32,000 nt of DNA from Haloferax volcanii DS2 (lineage in GTDB: Archaea; Halobacteriota; Halobacteria; Halobacteriales; Haloferacaceae): positions 90,001 to 122,000 of the forward strand of contig NC_013964.1 of assembly GCF_000025685.1 (NCBI RefSeq), read 5' to 3'. A model generated the notes under the pieces. That model was not told the origin of the DNA, did no database searches, and worked only from the letters and a program-made list of their open reading frames with translations. Below are positions 7,312 to 14,797 of the stretch, in pieces. Positions within the stretch are counted from its first letter, which is position 1; every line of letters begins with the position of its first letter. The position numbers and the translations under genes are program-made.

Positions 7312-8739
7312 GTGAGTGATGCTCGCCCAAACGTCCTGTTCGTGATGACTGACCAGCAGCGGTCGGACACGATTCGGGCGCTCGGAAACAGTCGAATCCA
7401 CACCCCGAACATCGACCGCCTCGTCGACCGCGGCGTCTCGTTCACCAACGCCTACTCGCCGGACCCGATCTGCATCCCGGCGCGGCACACGATTCGAACC
7501 GGCTGTGAGGCCGTCTCGACGGGCTACCTCGGGAACGAAAAGCGCGACGCGCGACACCTCGAAGACCGGTGCGGCCCCTTCCTCGCCCGGAGCATGCGCG
7601 AGCGGGGCTACCGGACGTTCCTCGTCGGAAAGTACCACGCCCACCCCCGCGACATCGACCTCGGCTACGACCACCACCTGAGTTTCGAGGCGTTCCGCGA
7701 GGAGACCGGCCACGAGGTCAAGACGACCGCCCGGCAGGGCGCGATGGTCCATCTCCCCCAGCAGAACCGACTCCCGCCGGACGACAATTACGAGGCGTGG
7801 ATGACCGACCGCGCGGTGGATCTCGTCGGCCGCGACACCGACGAGCCGTTTTTCGGCCTCGTCTCGTACGAGCCGCCGCACCCGCCGTTCGCGCCGTCGC
7901 CGCCCTTCGACCGGATGTACGACCCCGAACGGCTCGAAAACCCGGTGAAAGGCGACCTCGAAACCGACCACATGGACGAGAAGATCCCCGCCCAGAACCA
8001 CCACTTCTGGACGACCCGCGAGGGCGGCATCGACGACACCACCGTCCGGGTCATCAAGGAGTACTACTACGGGATGATTTCCGAGGTCGACCGCCGCATC
8101 GGTCGCCTGCTCGACGCGGTCGAGGCCCGCGACGACGCCGACAACACCCTCATCTGCTTCTTCTCGGACCACGGCGAACTCCTCGGTGACCATCGCGGCT
8201 GGGAGAAGTCGTCGTTCTTCGAGTCGTCGTGTCGCGTCCCGTTTCTCGTGAGTTGGCCCGCGGAGCTTCCGGCCGGCGAGCGCCGCGACGACCTCGTGTC
8301 GCTCACCGACCTGTTCGGCATCGCGACGACCGCCGCGGACGACCAGGAACTCCGCGATGGCGTCGACGTGCTCGGGACGATTCGGGGCGACGCGGAGTCC
8401 CGCGAGCGACTGTTCGGCTACCACCGGACGCCGCGGCTCCCGCCGAACTTCACCGGGATGGTCCGCGAGGGCCGCTGGAAGTACGTGTTCATGCGCAACG
8501 GCGGCCGCGAACAACTGTTCGACCTCGCGGCCGACCCGAACGAACTCGACGAGTGCGCCGCCGACAACCCCGAGGTCGTCGCCGAACTCCGCGACGCGCT
8601 GGCGGCGAAGCTGGCCGACGCGGGCGCGGACGAGTTCGTCGAGAACGGGACGCTCCGGCGCGCGCCGTACCAGGAAATCGACATGGGCCGACTCGTCCGC
8701 GAGCCGTACCCCGAGGAGCCGGCGGACGCGCTGGACTGA
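7312..8739 (+). CDS. Formylglycine-dependent (Cys-type) sulfatase, S1 family, cytoplasmic
   Basis: ORF 7249..8739. ARPNVLFVMTDQQRSD plus CIPAR (CxPxR; Cys codon 7471-7473) form the sulfatase signature. I prefer GTG 7312 as the start. ATG 7249 would overlap the divergent GH28 start and lie upstream of the TATA-like box. ATG 7345 would delete the conserved PNVLF strand. No signal peptide. Confidence 0.85.
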   Translation: MSDARPNVLFVMTDQQRSDTIRALGNSRIHTPNIDRLVDRGVSFTNAYSPDPICIPARHTIRTGCEAVSTGYLGNEKRDARHLEDRCGPFLARSMRERGYRTFLVGKYHAHPRDIDLGYDHHLSFEAFREETGHEVKTTARQGAMVHLPQQNRLPPDDNYEAWMTDRAVDLVGRDTDEPFFGLVSYEPPHPPFAPSPPFDRMYDPERLENPVKGDLETDHMDEKIPAQNHHFWTTREGGIDDTTVRVIKEYYYGMISEVDRRIGRLLDAVEARDDADNTLICFFSDHGELLGDHRGWEKSSFFESSCRVPFLVSWPAELPAGERRDDLVSLTDLFGIATTAADDQELRDGVDVLGTIRGDAESRERLFGYHRTPRLPPNFTGMVREGRWKYVFMRNGGREQLFDLAADPNELDECAADNPEVVAELRDALAAKLADAGADEFVENGTLRRAPYQEIDMGRLVREPYPEEPADALD

Positions 8740-8810
8740 CGCGTCGTCGTCGCCGGGTTCTCTCCCCCGCTCTCCCCGCCGTCCGGTCCCCGAAATCGCC
8801 GGTCCCGCCG

Positions 8811-8820
8811 TACTTTTATG
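8811..8820 (+). promoter_or_regulatory. TATA-like box of the enolase-superfamily gene
   Basis: TACTTTTATG is centred about 32 nt upstream of ATG 8848. The track's ATG 8818 lies inside this box, which argues for the 8848 start. Confidence 0.4.
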
Positions 8821-8847
8821 ACCGTTCCGCGTAACCGACTACCACGA

Positions 8848-9978
8848 ATGGAGATCAGCGACATCCGTACCATCCGGTTCAGCTGTGCGTCCCACATCGA
8901 CCCCGACGAGAAGGGTCACGGCCACCCCGGCGAGCCGAGGGAGTCGACGCGGACCATCACCCACGTCGTCGTCGACGGCGGCCCCGACGGCTACTGCCGC
9001 GGCGGCCACGAGGCGGCCAACGAGTTCGCCAAGAAGCACCTCGTCGGCGAGAACCCGCTGTACCGCGAGAAGCTCTGGCAACTGCTCTGTCGGGCCGAGC
9101 GACTGAACAAGGGAACGCTCACCGACAAGCGCGTCGCGCCCATCGACTGCGCGCTCTGGGACATCGCCGGCAAGGACGCCGGCCTCCCGGTCTACCAACT
9201 CATCGGCGCGGCCCGTGACTCGGTCCCGGCGTACGGCAGTACGATGGTCGGTGACGACGACCCCGACGGACTCGGCTCGCCCGAGGCGTACGCAGACTTC
9301 GCCGAGGAACTCGTCGCGGAGGGGTATCAGGCCGTCAAACTCCACACGTGGATGCCGCCGTTCGGTGACGACCCCGAACAGGACATCGCCGCCTGCCGGG
9401 CGGTCCGCGAGCGCGTCGGCGACGGCATCGACCTCATGCTCGACGCCCACCACTTTTACAGCCGGAGCGAGGCCAAGAAAATCGGGAAGGCGCTCGAAGA
9501 CCTCGACTTCCGCTGGATAGAAGAGCCGATGGACGAACACTCGATGTCCTCCTACGAGTGGCTCTCGAACGAACTCGATATCGCCGTCGTCGGCCCCGAG
9601 ACCGCCGAGGGTCGGATGCACACCCGCGCCGAGTGGATTAAGCGGGACATCGCAGATATCATCCGCGTCGGCGTCTACGACGTTGGCGGCCTCACGCCGG
9701 CGTTGAAGGCGGTCGGCCTCTGCGAGTCGTTCAACATCGAGTGCGAGATTCACGGCCGCGACGCGCCGAACCTCCAACTACTCGGGACGATGGCGTTCCC
9801 CGGCCGGTACTACGAGCGCGGCCTCCTGCACCCGAAGCACGACTACGAGACGTACTTCCCCGGTCTCGAACACCCGCCGGACGAAATCGACGACAACGGC
9901 GTGGTCGAACTGCCGAAGACGCCCGGCCTCGGCTACGCGTTCGACTGGGACTACATCGACGCCAACCGCGTCGCGTAA
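8848..9978 (+). CDS. Enolase-superfamily (mandelate racemase/muconate lactonizing enzyme family) sugar-acid dehydratase or lactone cycloisomerase
   Basis: ORF 8818..9978 trimmed to MEISDIRT. MR/MLE hallmarks: CALWDIAGKDAGLPVYQLIGA, metal-ligand contexts IDLMLDAHH / RWIEEP / VVGPETAEG, and CEIHG (candidate His base). Confidence 0.85.
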   Translation: MEISDIRTIRFSCASHIDPDEKGHGHPGEPRESTRTITHVVVDGGPDGYCRGGHEAANEFAKKHLVGENPLYREKLWQLLCRAERLNKGTLTDKRVAPIDCALWDIAGKDAGLPVYQLIGAARDSVPAYGSTMVGDDDPDGLGSPEAYADFAEELVAEGYQAVKLHTWMPPFGDDPEQDIAACRAVRERVGDGIDLMLDAHHFYSRSEAKKIGKALEDLDFRWIEEPMDEHSMSSYEWLSNELDIAVVGPETAEGRMHTRAEWIKRDIADIIRVGVYDVGGLTPALKAVGLCESFNIECEIHGRDAPNLQLLGTMAFPGRYYERGLLHPKHDYETYFPGLEHPPDEIDDNGVVELPKTPGLGYAFDWDYIDANRVA

Positions 9979-10066
9979 CTACCTCGGCGGGCGGGACGGA
10001 ACGACCCCGAGTGCGACGAGAGAGAACGACGACGCGACGGCGGTCGCTCGCGAAACGCTATCCCCG

Positions 10067-10071
10067 TTTTT
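10067..10071 (+). terminator. Oligo-T tract downstream of the enolase-superfamily gene
   Basis: T5 run (ccccgtttttcc) about 90 nt after stop 9978. Archaeal terminators are typically oligo-T. Confidence 0.3.
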
Positions 10072-10121
10072 CCGAGTGGTGATTCAGTTCGCCGTTCCGG
10101 TCGGTGGCCGAGTCTCGGAGG

Positions 10122-10340
10122 TCAATTGTACGCGCCCCAGAGTCGGAGCAACAGGTAGCCGCCGACGGCGACGCCGACGAGCGAGATGCCCCAGACGCCG
10201 AACATTCCTGCAATCGTCCCGTCGAGGACGAAACGCGCGAGGAGAATCATGCAGACGCCGGCGAGCGCGGTCATAATGAAGTTCCGGTTCGACGCCGCGG
10301 CCTTCCGGAGCGAAGGCACGCGCGATGCGTTGACTGACAT
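10122..10340 (-). CDS. Small (72 aa) two-TM membrane protein, unknown function
   Basis: C-terminal part of ORF 10122..10502 from MSVNASRVPSLRKAAASNRNFIMTALAGVCMILLARFVLDGTIAGMFGVWGISLVGVAVGGYLLLRLWGAYN, with two clear hydrophobic helices. Its own TATA-like box sits at 10371-10381. No family recognised. Confidence 0.45.
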   Translation of the reverse strand: MSVNASRVPSLRKAAASNRNFIMTALAGVCMILLARFVLDGTIAGMFGVWGISLVGVAVGGYLLLRLWGAYN

Positions 10341-10370
10341 ACGTACCCACACGGTCGCTCTCCGCACACA

Positions 10371-10381
10371 AATAGATACTG
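10371..10381 (-). promoter_or_regulatory. TATA-like box (minus strand CAGTATCTATT)
   Basis: Lies 32-41 nt upstream of ATG 10340. Contains the 10-mer ATAGATACTG, which is identical at 16688-16697. Confidence 0.35.
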
Positions 10382-10452
10382 CTCGCTCGGAGGTCGTTCG
10401 ACCGGCTCGGACGGCTCTGCGGGGCGAAAACGTGGTGCTGGAAAGCGGCTGA

Positions 10453-10487
10453 CGGTCAGCGGTCAGCGGTCGGTGGTCGGCGGTCGA
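10453..10487. repeat. Five tandem heptamers (CGGTCAG CGGTCAG CGGTCGG TGGTCGG CGGTCGA)
   Basis: Read directly. Located between the stop of the ABC ATPase (10521) and the small membrane-protein gene. Confidence 0.9.
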
Positions 10488-10520
10488 TAGTTGGCCGCGC
10501 ACGGCGTCCGCGAGCCCGGT

Positions 10521-11582
10521 TCAGTCGTCGACGATGCTCGGACTGTCCCAGTACTCGTGGTCTTCGTCGGCGCGGAAACACCGCGCGGCGTGGCCGGTCT
10601 CGTCTTCGAACGCGCCCGGGTCGTTCGTCTCACAGACCTCGCGCGCCTTCGGACAGCGCGGGTGGAAGTGACAGCCGCTGGGCCGGTTCGTCGGGTCGGG
10701 GATGTCGATTTTCCGAATCGGAAGGTCGTCGTCCTCGTCTCCTTCGTAGAGGTTCGGGGTCGCCCACTTCAGCGCCTGCGTGTAGGGGTGCTGAGGGTCA
10801 CCGATGACCTGCTCTATCGGCCCGACTTCGACGATGCGGCCGAGGTACATGACGGCGATGCGGCCGCCGGACTTCTCGGCGATGTACCGGGCGTTCGAGA
10901 GGTCGTGGCTGATGAAGACGTAGGAGGTGTTGAACAGGTCTTGCAGTTCGAGCATCAGGTCCATCATCTCCACCCGGAGGCTCACGTCGAGGGCGCTGAT
11001 GGCCTCGTCGGCGAGGATGACGTCCGGGTTCAAAAGCAGCGACCGAACCAACACGACGCGCTGTTTCTCGCCGCCCGAGAGCTGGTGGGGGAACCGCTCG
11101 ACGAAGTCCTCGGCGGGCGTGAGCCCGACGCGTTCGAAGAGCGCGTAGATGCGCTTTCGGCGCTCCTCCTCGCCGAGACTCGGGTTCCACTTTTTCAGGG
11201 GGAGCATCAGCGAGGTGAGGATGCGCTGGTTCGGATTCAGCGCGCTGCCGGGGTCCTGGTGGATAATCTGGAGCGACCGCCGAATCTCCGAGAACGGGAT
11301 GTCCGGGTCGCGGCTGTTTTTCGCCTCCCAGATATCCTGTCCGCGGTAGGTAATCGAGCCGTGGGTCGGCTCCTGCGCGCCGATGATGGCCTTTCCGAGC
11401 GTCGACTTACCGCAGCCGGACTCGCCGATGAGCGTGACCACGTCGTTTTCCCCGATGTCGAGCGAGATGCCGTCGACGGCGCGGACCGTCTGTCGCTCGC
11501 CGAACAGGCCGAGGAAGCCGCTGCTGTCCGTGAAGTGGACCGATACGTCGTCCACCGAGAGGATGGAGTTATCGACGCTCAT
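10521..11582 (-). CDS. ABC transporter ATP-binding protein, DppF/OppF type
   Basis: 353 aa with Walker A GESGCGKST, signature LSGGEKQR, Walker B ILADEAISALD. The C-terminal oligopeptide-ATPase extension carries CHFHPRCPKAREVC...C. ATGA-type 4-nt overlap with the upstream ATPase. Confidence 0.93.
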   Translation of the reverse strand: MSVDNSILSVDDVSVHFTDSSGFLGLFGERQTVRAVDGISLDIGENDVVTLIGESGCGKSTLGKAIIGAQEPTHGSITYRGQDIWEAKNSRDPDIPFSEIRRSLQIIHQDPGSALNPNQRILTSLMLPLKKWNPSLGEEERRKRIYALFERVGLTPAEDFVERFPHQLSGGEKQRVVLVRSLLLNPDVILADEAISALDVSLRVEMMDLMLELQDLFNTSYVFISHDLSNARYIAEKSGGRIAVMYLGRIVEVGPIEQVIGDPQHPYTQALKWATPNLYEGDEDDDLPIRKIDIPDPTNRPSGCHFHPRCPKAREVCETNDPGAFEDETGHAARCFRADEDHEYWDSPSIVDD

Positions 11583-12667
11583 TCGGCCTCACCGCCCTCT
11601 TCGGCCGCTTCCATCGCGGGAATCGGAATCTCGTCGGACACGTCGTCGTGGTAGAAACACGCGGTTCGGTGGCCGCCGCCGCGGTCCGCCATCGGTGGCT
11701 CCGCCTCCGCGCAAGACTCGTCGGCCATCGGGCACCGCGGCCGGTACGAACAGCCGGGGATGTTGGTCACCGGGTCGGGCTTCGACCCCGAGATGGACTG
11801 CATCTCCTCGATGGGGGCGTTCAGGTCCGGCGTCGCGTTGAGGAGCGACCGCGTGTAGGGGTGCGCGGCGTCGTACAGTATCTCCTCGGTCGAGCCGATT
11901 TCGACGATGTCGAACGCGTACATCACGACGAGCCGGTCCGCGAGCTTGGTGAGAAGCGGCAGGTCGTGGGTGATGAAGATAATCGTCAGGTCGTACTCCG
12001 CTTTGAGCTCCTTGAGCAGCGAGACGATAGAGCGCTGCATCAGGAGGTCGAGCGCGGCGGTCGGCTCGTCCATCACGAGCACCTCCGGTTCGAGGATGAG
12101 CGCGAGCGCGACGAGCGCGCGCTGTTTCATCCCGCCCGAGAGCTCGTAGGGGTACGAGTCGAGGACGCGGTCGGGGTCTAAGTAGAGGTCGCCCAGAATC
12201 TTGCGGGCGCGGTCGAGCCCCGCCTCCACGTCGCGGTTGTGGTCTTCGAGGGTCTCCCTGAAGTGGCCGCGGACCTTCTTGACGGGGTTGAACGAGCTCA
12301 TCGCACCTTGGAACACCATGGCGACTTCGCCCCAGCGGAACTTCCGCAGCTCTTCCTCGTCGAGGTCGAGCACGGAAATCGGCTCGCCGCCGTCGGGCGG
12401 GTAGTAGGTGACCTCGCCGGAGGTCTCGCCCGGACTGACGACCGCGTTCATCAACGCGGACGACGTCATCGACTTGCCGCTGCCGCTTTCGCCGACCATC
12501 CCGAGCGTCTCGTTGCGGTAGATGTCGAAGTCGACGTTGCGGACGACTCTCGATTCGCCTCGGTTGGTCCCGAAGGTGACCTCCAGGTCGCGGACTTCGA
12601 ACACGACGTCTTGGTCGGGGTCCGAGTCGTTCTGATTCGACGTTCGCATTGCTTGGTTGGTAGTCAT
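11579..12667 (-). CDS. ABC transporter ATP-binding protein, DppD/OppD type
   Basis: 362 aa with Walker A GESGSGKS, signature LSGGMKQR, Walker B LVMDEPTAALD. The C-terminal extension carries CSYRPRCPMADESC...C. Confidence 0.93.
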   Translation of the reverse strand: MTTNQAMRTSNQNDSDPDQDVVFEVRDLEVTFGTNRGESRVVRNVDFDIYRNETLGMVGESGSGKSMTSSALMNAVVSPGETSGEVTYYPPDGGEPISVLDLDEEELRKFRWGEVAMVFQGAMSSFNPVKKVRGHFRETLEDHNRDVEAGLDRARKILGDLYLDPDRVLDSYPYELSGGMKQRALVALALILEPEVLVMDEPTAALDLLMQRSIVSLLKELKAEYDLTIIFITHDLPLLTKLADRLVVMYAFDIVEIGSTEEILYDAAHPYTRSLLNATPDLNAPIEEMQSISGSKPDPVTNIPGCSYRPRCPMADESCAEAEPPMADRGGGHRTACFYHDDVSDEIPIPAMEAAEEGGEAE

Positions 12668-12694
12668 CGTCTGGTTATAGGTGTTGGCACGGGG

Positions 12695-13717
12695 TCAGTC
12701 CCCGCCGGTCGCCTGCGATTGGTTGTTCTTCGAGGTGCCTTTCTTCGAGGTGTTCGCGTGGCGCGCCCGGAGGCGGACGTTGAACAGGCTGTCGAGCCCC
12801 TGCGACAGGAGGACGAGCCCGAACGACAGCAGGAAGATACAGACCATGGGCGCGACCATCCACGGGAGCATGTCCGGGCGGGTGAGCGCGTTGCCCTCGT
12901 ACGCGAGGTTCATCATGACGCCCCAGTTGAACGTGGTGAACGGCAGGATGCCGAGGAAGTACAACCCCACGGACTCGAAGATGATGCGCCGCGAGGTGAG
13001 CGCCCCGTTTATCATCACGTACGGCATGAGCTGCGAGAGGATGTCCCGCCGGAGAATCGACGACAGCGGGATGCCCATGATTTCGGACGCCTCGACGTAG
13101 GACTCCTCGCGGATGCTCAGCACCTGCGAGCGGACGGTCCGCGCCAGCCCCGGCCAGTTGTCGATGCCGAGGAACACTCCGACGATGTAGGGGTTTTCTG
13201 GCTGGAAGATGGCCGTGATGACGATGATGAGCGGCAGACCCGGAATCGTGATGACCACGTCGGTGACGGTCATCAGGAACGAGTCGATGCGCGTGCCGTG
13301 TTCGAAGCCGGCGACGACGCCCACGAGAGCGGCGAAGCCGACGCTCACGACCGCGCCCGCGAATATCATCTTGAACATGCCCGGCGTCGCGTGGATGAGC
13401 TGGGCGTGAATCGGCTGGCCGAACACGTCGGTGCCGAGCGGGTACGCCAGCGATTCGAACGGCGCGGCGAGGACGGGCGCGTCACCGCTCGTCGGTCGCT
13501 CGACGAGCCAGACGCCGACGGTGCCCATGAGGACGAAAAAGGCGAGAATCGCGCCGCCGACGAGCGCGCGCCAGTCGTCGGCCGCGATGCGCGCGGGTGC
13601 GATAACGTTCATTTCGAGGAATCGCTTTGCGCGGTCGGCACCCGATTCGGGGTCCGGGTCGATGTCCTCCTCGTAGAGGTCTTTCAGGTCGAACGTGTCG
13701 GAATGTGCTTCACTCAT
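12695..13717 (-). CDS. ABC transporter permease, DppC/OppC type
   Basis: 340 aa polytopic protein with the conserved cytoplasmic-loop region (SIREESYVEASEIMGIPLSSILRRDILSQLMPYV). Confidence 0.9.
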   Translation of the reverse strand: MSEAHSDTFDLKDLYEEDIDPDPESGADRAKRFLEMNVIAPARIAADDWRALVGGAILAFFVLMGTVGVWLVERPTSGDAPVLAAPFESLAYPLGTDVFGQPIHAQLIHATPGMFKMIFAGAVVSVGFAALVGVVAGFEHGTRIDSFLMTVTDVVITIPGLPLIIVITAIFQPENPYIVGVFLGIDNWPGLARTVRSQVLSIREESYVEASEIMGIPLSSILRRDILSQLMPYVMINGALTSRRIIFESVGLYFLGILPFTTFNWGVMMNLAYEGNALTRPDMLPWMVAPMVCIFLLSFGLVLLSQGLDSLFNVRLRARHANTSKKGTSKNNQSQATGGD

Positions 13718-13719
13718 GG

Positions 13720-14724
13720 TTACTCCTCACCCACCGAGATGCGCGGGTCGATGAGCGTGTACGTGAGGTCGGCGATGAAGATGGCGGTCAGCGAAATCGC
13801 CGTGAACACGAGGAGCGTGCCCATCAACAGCGGGTAGTCTTGCGTCTTGACCGCCTCGAACATCAGGAGACCCATGCCCGGGTACGCGAAGACCTCCTCG
13901 ACGATGACGGCGCTGCTGAAGACGCCGGCGATGCCGATCATAAACTGCGTGTACATCGGGAGGATGGAGTTGTGCCCGAGGTACTGCGTGGCGATGCGGG
14001 TCTCGCGGAGCCCGCGAAGCTGCGCCACGCGGATGTAGTCCTCGCCGAGGACGCGAACCGCGTTCCCGCGCATGGCGAGCGCGCCGGAGGTCGCGAGCGC
14101 GCCCATCGAAATCGCCGGGAGCGCCGCGTGTTGCACGAGACTGAGCATGAACTCCGGATTGTACCCCGCGGCGATGCCCGAGCCGATTCGGCCGCCGGTC
14201 GGGAAGTAGTTGTTCTGGATGGCGAGGAAGTAGATGAGCACGACGCCGACGATGTAGTACGGAATCGAGTTGAGTCCGATGATGAGCGATGACACCGTGG
14301 AGTCGAACCGCGACTTCTCCCGGTAGGCCGTCATCACGCCGAGGAAGATGCTCAGCGAGTAGCCCAGCGCGAGCGCGTAGACGCTGATGAACATCGACCA
14401 CGGGATGCGCTGCATGATGAGCGTCGTGACCTCCTCGTTTTTGAAGAACGAGGTGCCGAGATCCTGCCGGAGAATCACGTCAGACGCGTAGTTGAAATAC
14501 TGTACGTGCATCGGCTGGTCCGGGTTCACGTTCGTGTAGAGCTGTATCATCCTGTTCAGTCGGTCGATATCGACGCTCCCGCCGCTCTGCGAGAGGATCA
14601 CGCTCCGCATCGCTTCCGTCGGGCCACCGGGCATGGCCTGGTACAGCAGAAACGAGACCGTCATCGTGACGAAAAACGTCAGTATCGCTTGCCCGAGACG
14701 CTTCAACAAATACTTTGGTGTCAT
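13720..14724 (-). CDS. ABC transporter permease, DppB/OppB type
   Basis: 334 aa. The N-terminus MTPKYLLKRLGQAILTFFVTMTVSFLLYQAMPGGP is typical of this type. Loop region GEDYIRVAQLRGLRETRIATQYLGHNSILP. Confidence 0.9.
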   Translation of the reverse strand: MTPKYLLKRLGQAILTFFVTMTVSFLLYQAMPGGPTEAMRSVILSQSGGSVDIDRLNRMIQLYTNVNPDQPMHVQYFNYASDVILRQDLGTSFFKNEEVTTLIMQRIPWSMFISVYALALGYSLSIFLGVMTAYREKSRFDSTVSSLIIGLNSIPYYIVGVVLIYFLAIQNNYFPTGGRIGSGIAAGYNPEFMLSLVQHAALPAISMGALATSGALAMRGNAVRVLGEDYIRVAQLRGLRETRIATQYLGHNSILPMYTQFMIGIAGVFSSAVIVEEVFAYPGMGLLMFEAVKTQDYPLLMGTLLVFTAISLTAIFIADLTYTLIDPRISVGEE

Positions 14725-14754
14725 TATTAATAGTTTGGCTTCTAGCGTGAGAGA

Positions 14755-14775
14755 GCTTAATTGTGGTGGTTAAGC
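14755..14775 (-). other. Intercistronic hairpin (GCTTAA-N9-TTAAGC) between SBP and permease genes
   Basis: 6-bp perfect arms at 14755-14760 and 14770-14775, in the 73-nt AT-rich gap after the SBP stop (14798). Confidence 0.3.
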
Positions 14776-14797
14776 CCGTCGAGGCTGCCGTCTCACC

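Noticed and set aside
10453-10487. CRISPR-like array
   Set aside because: The units are 7 nt long and directly abutting, with no spacers. There is no leader and there are no cas genes.
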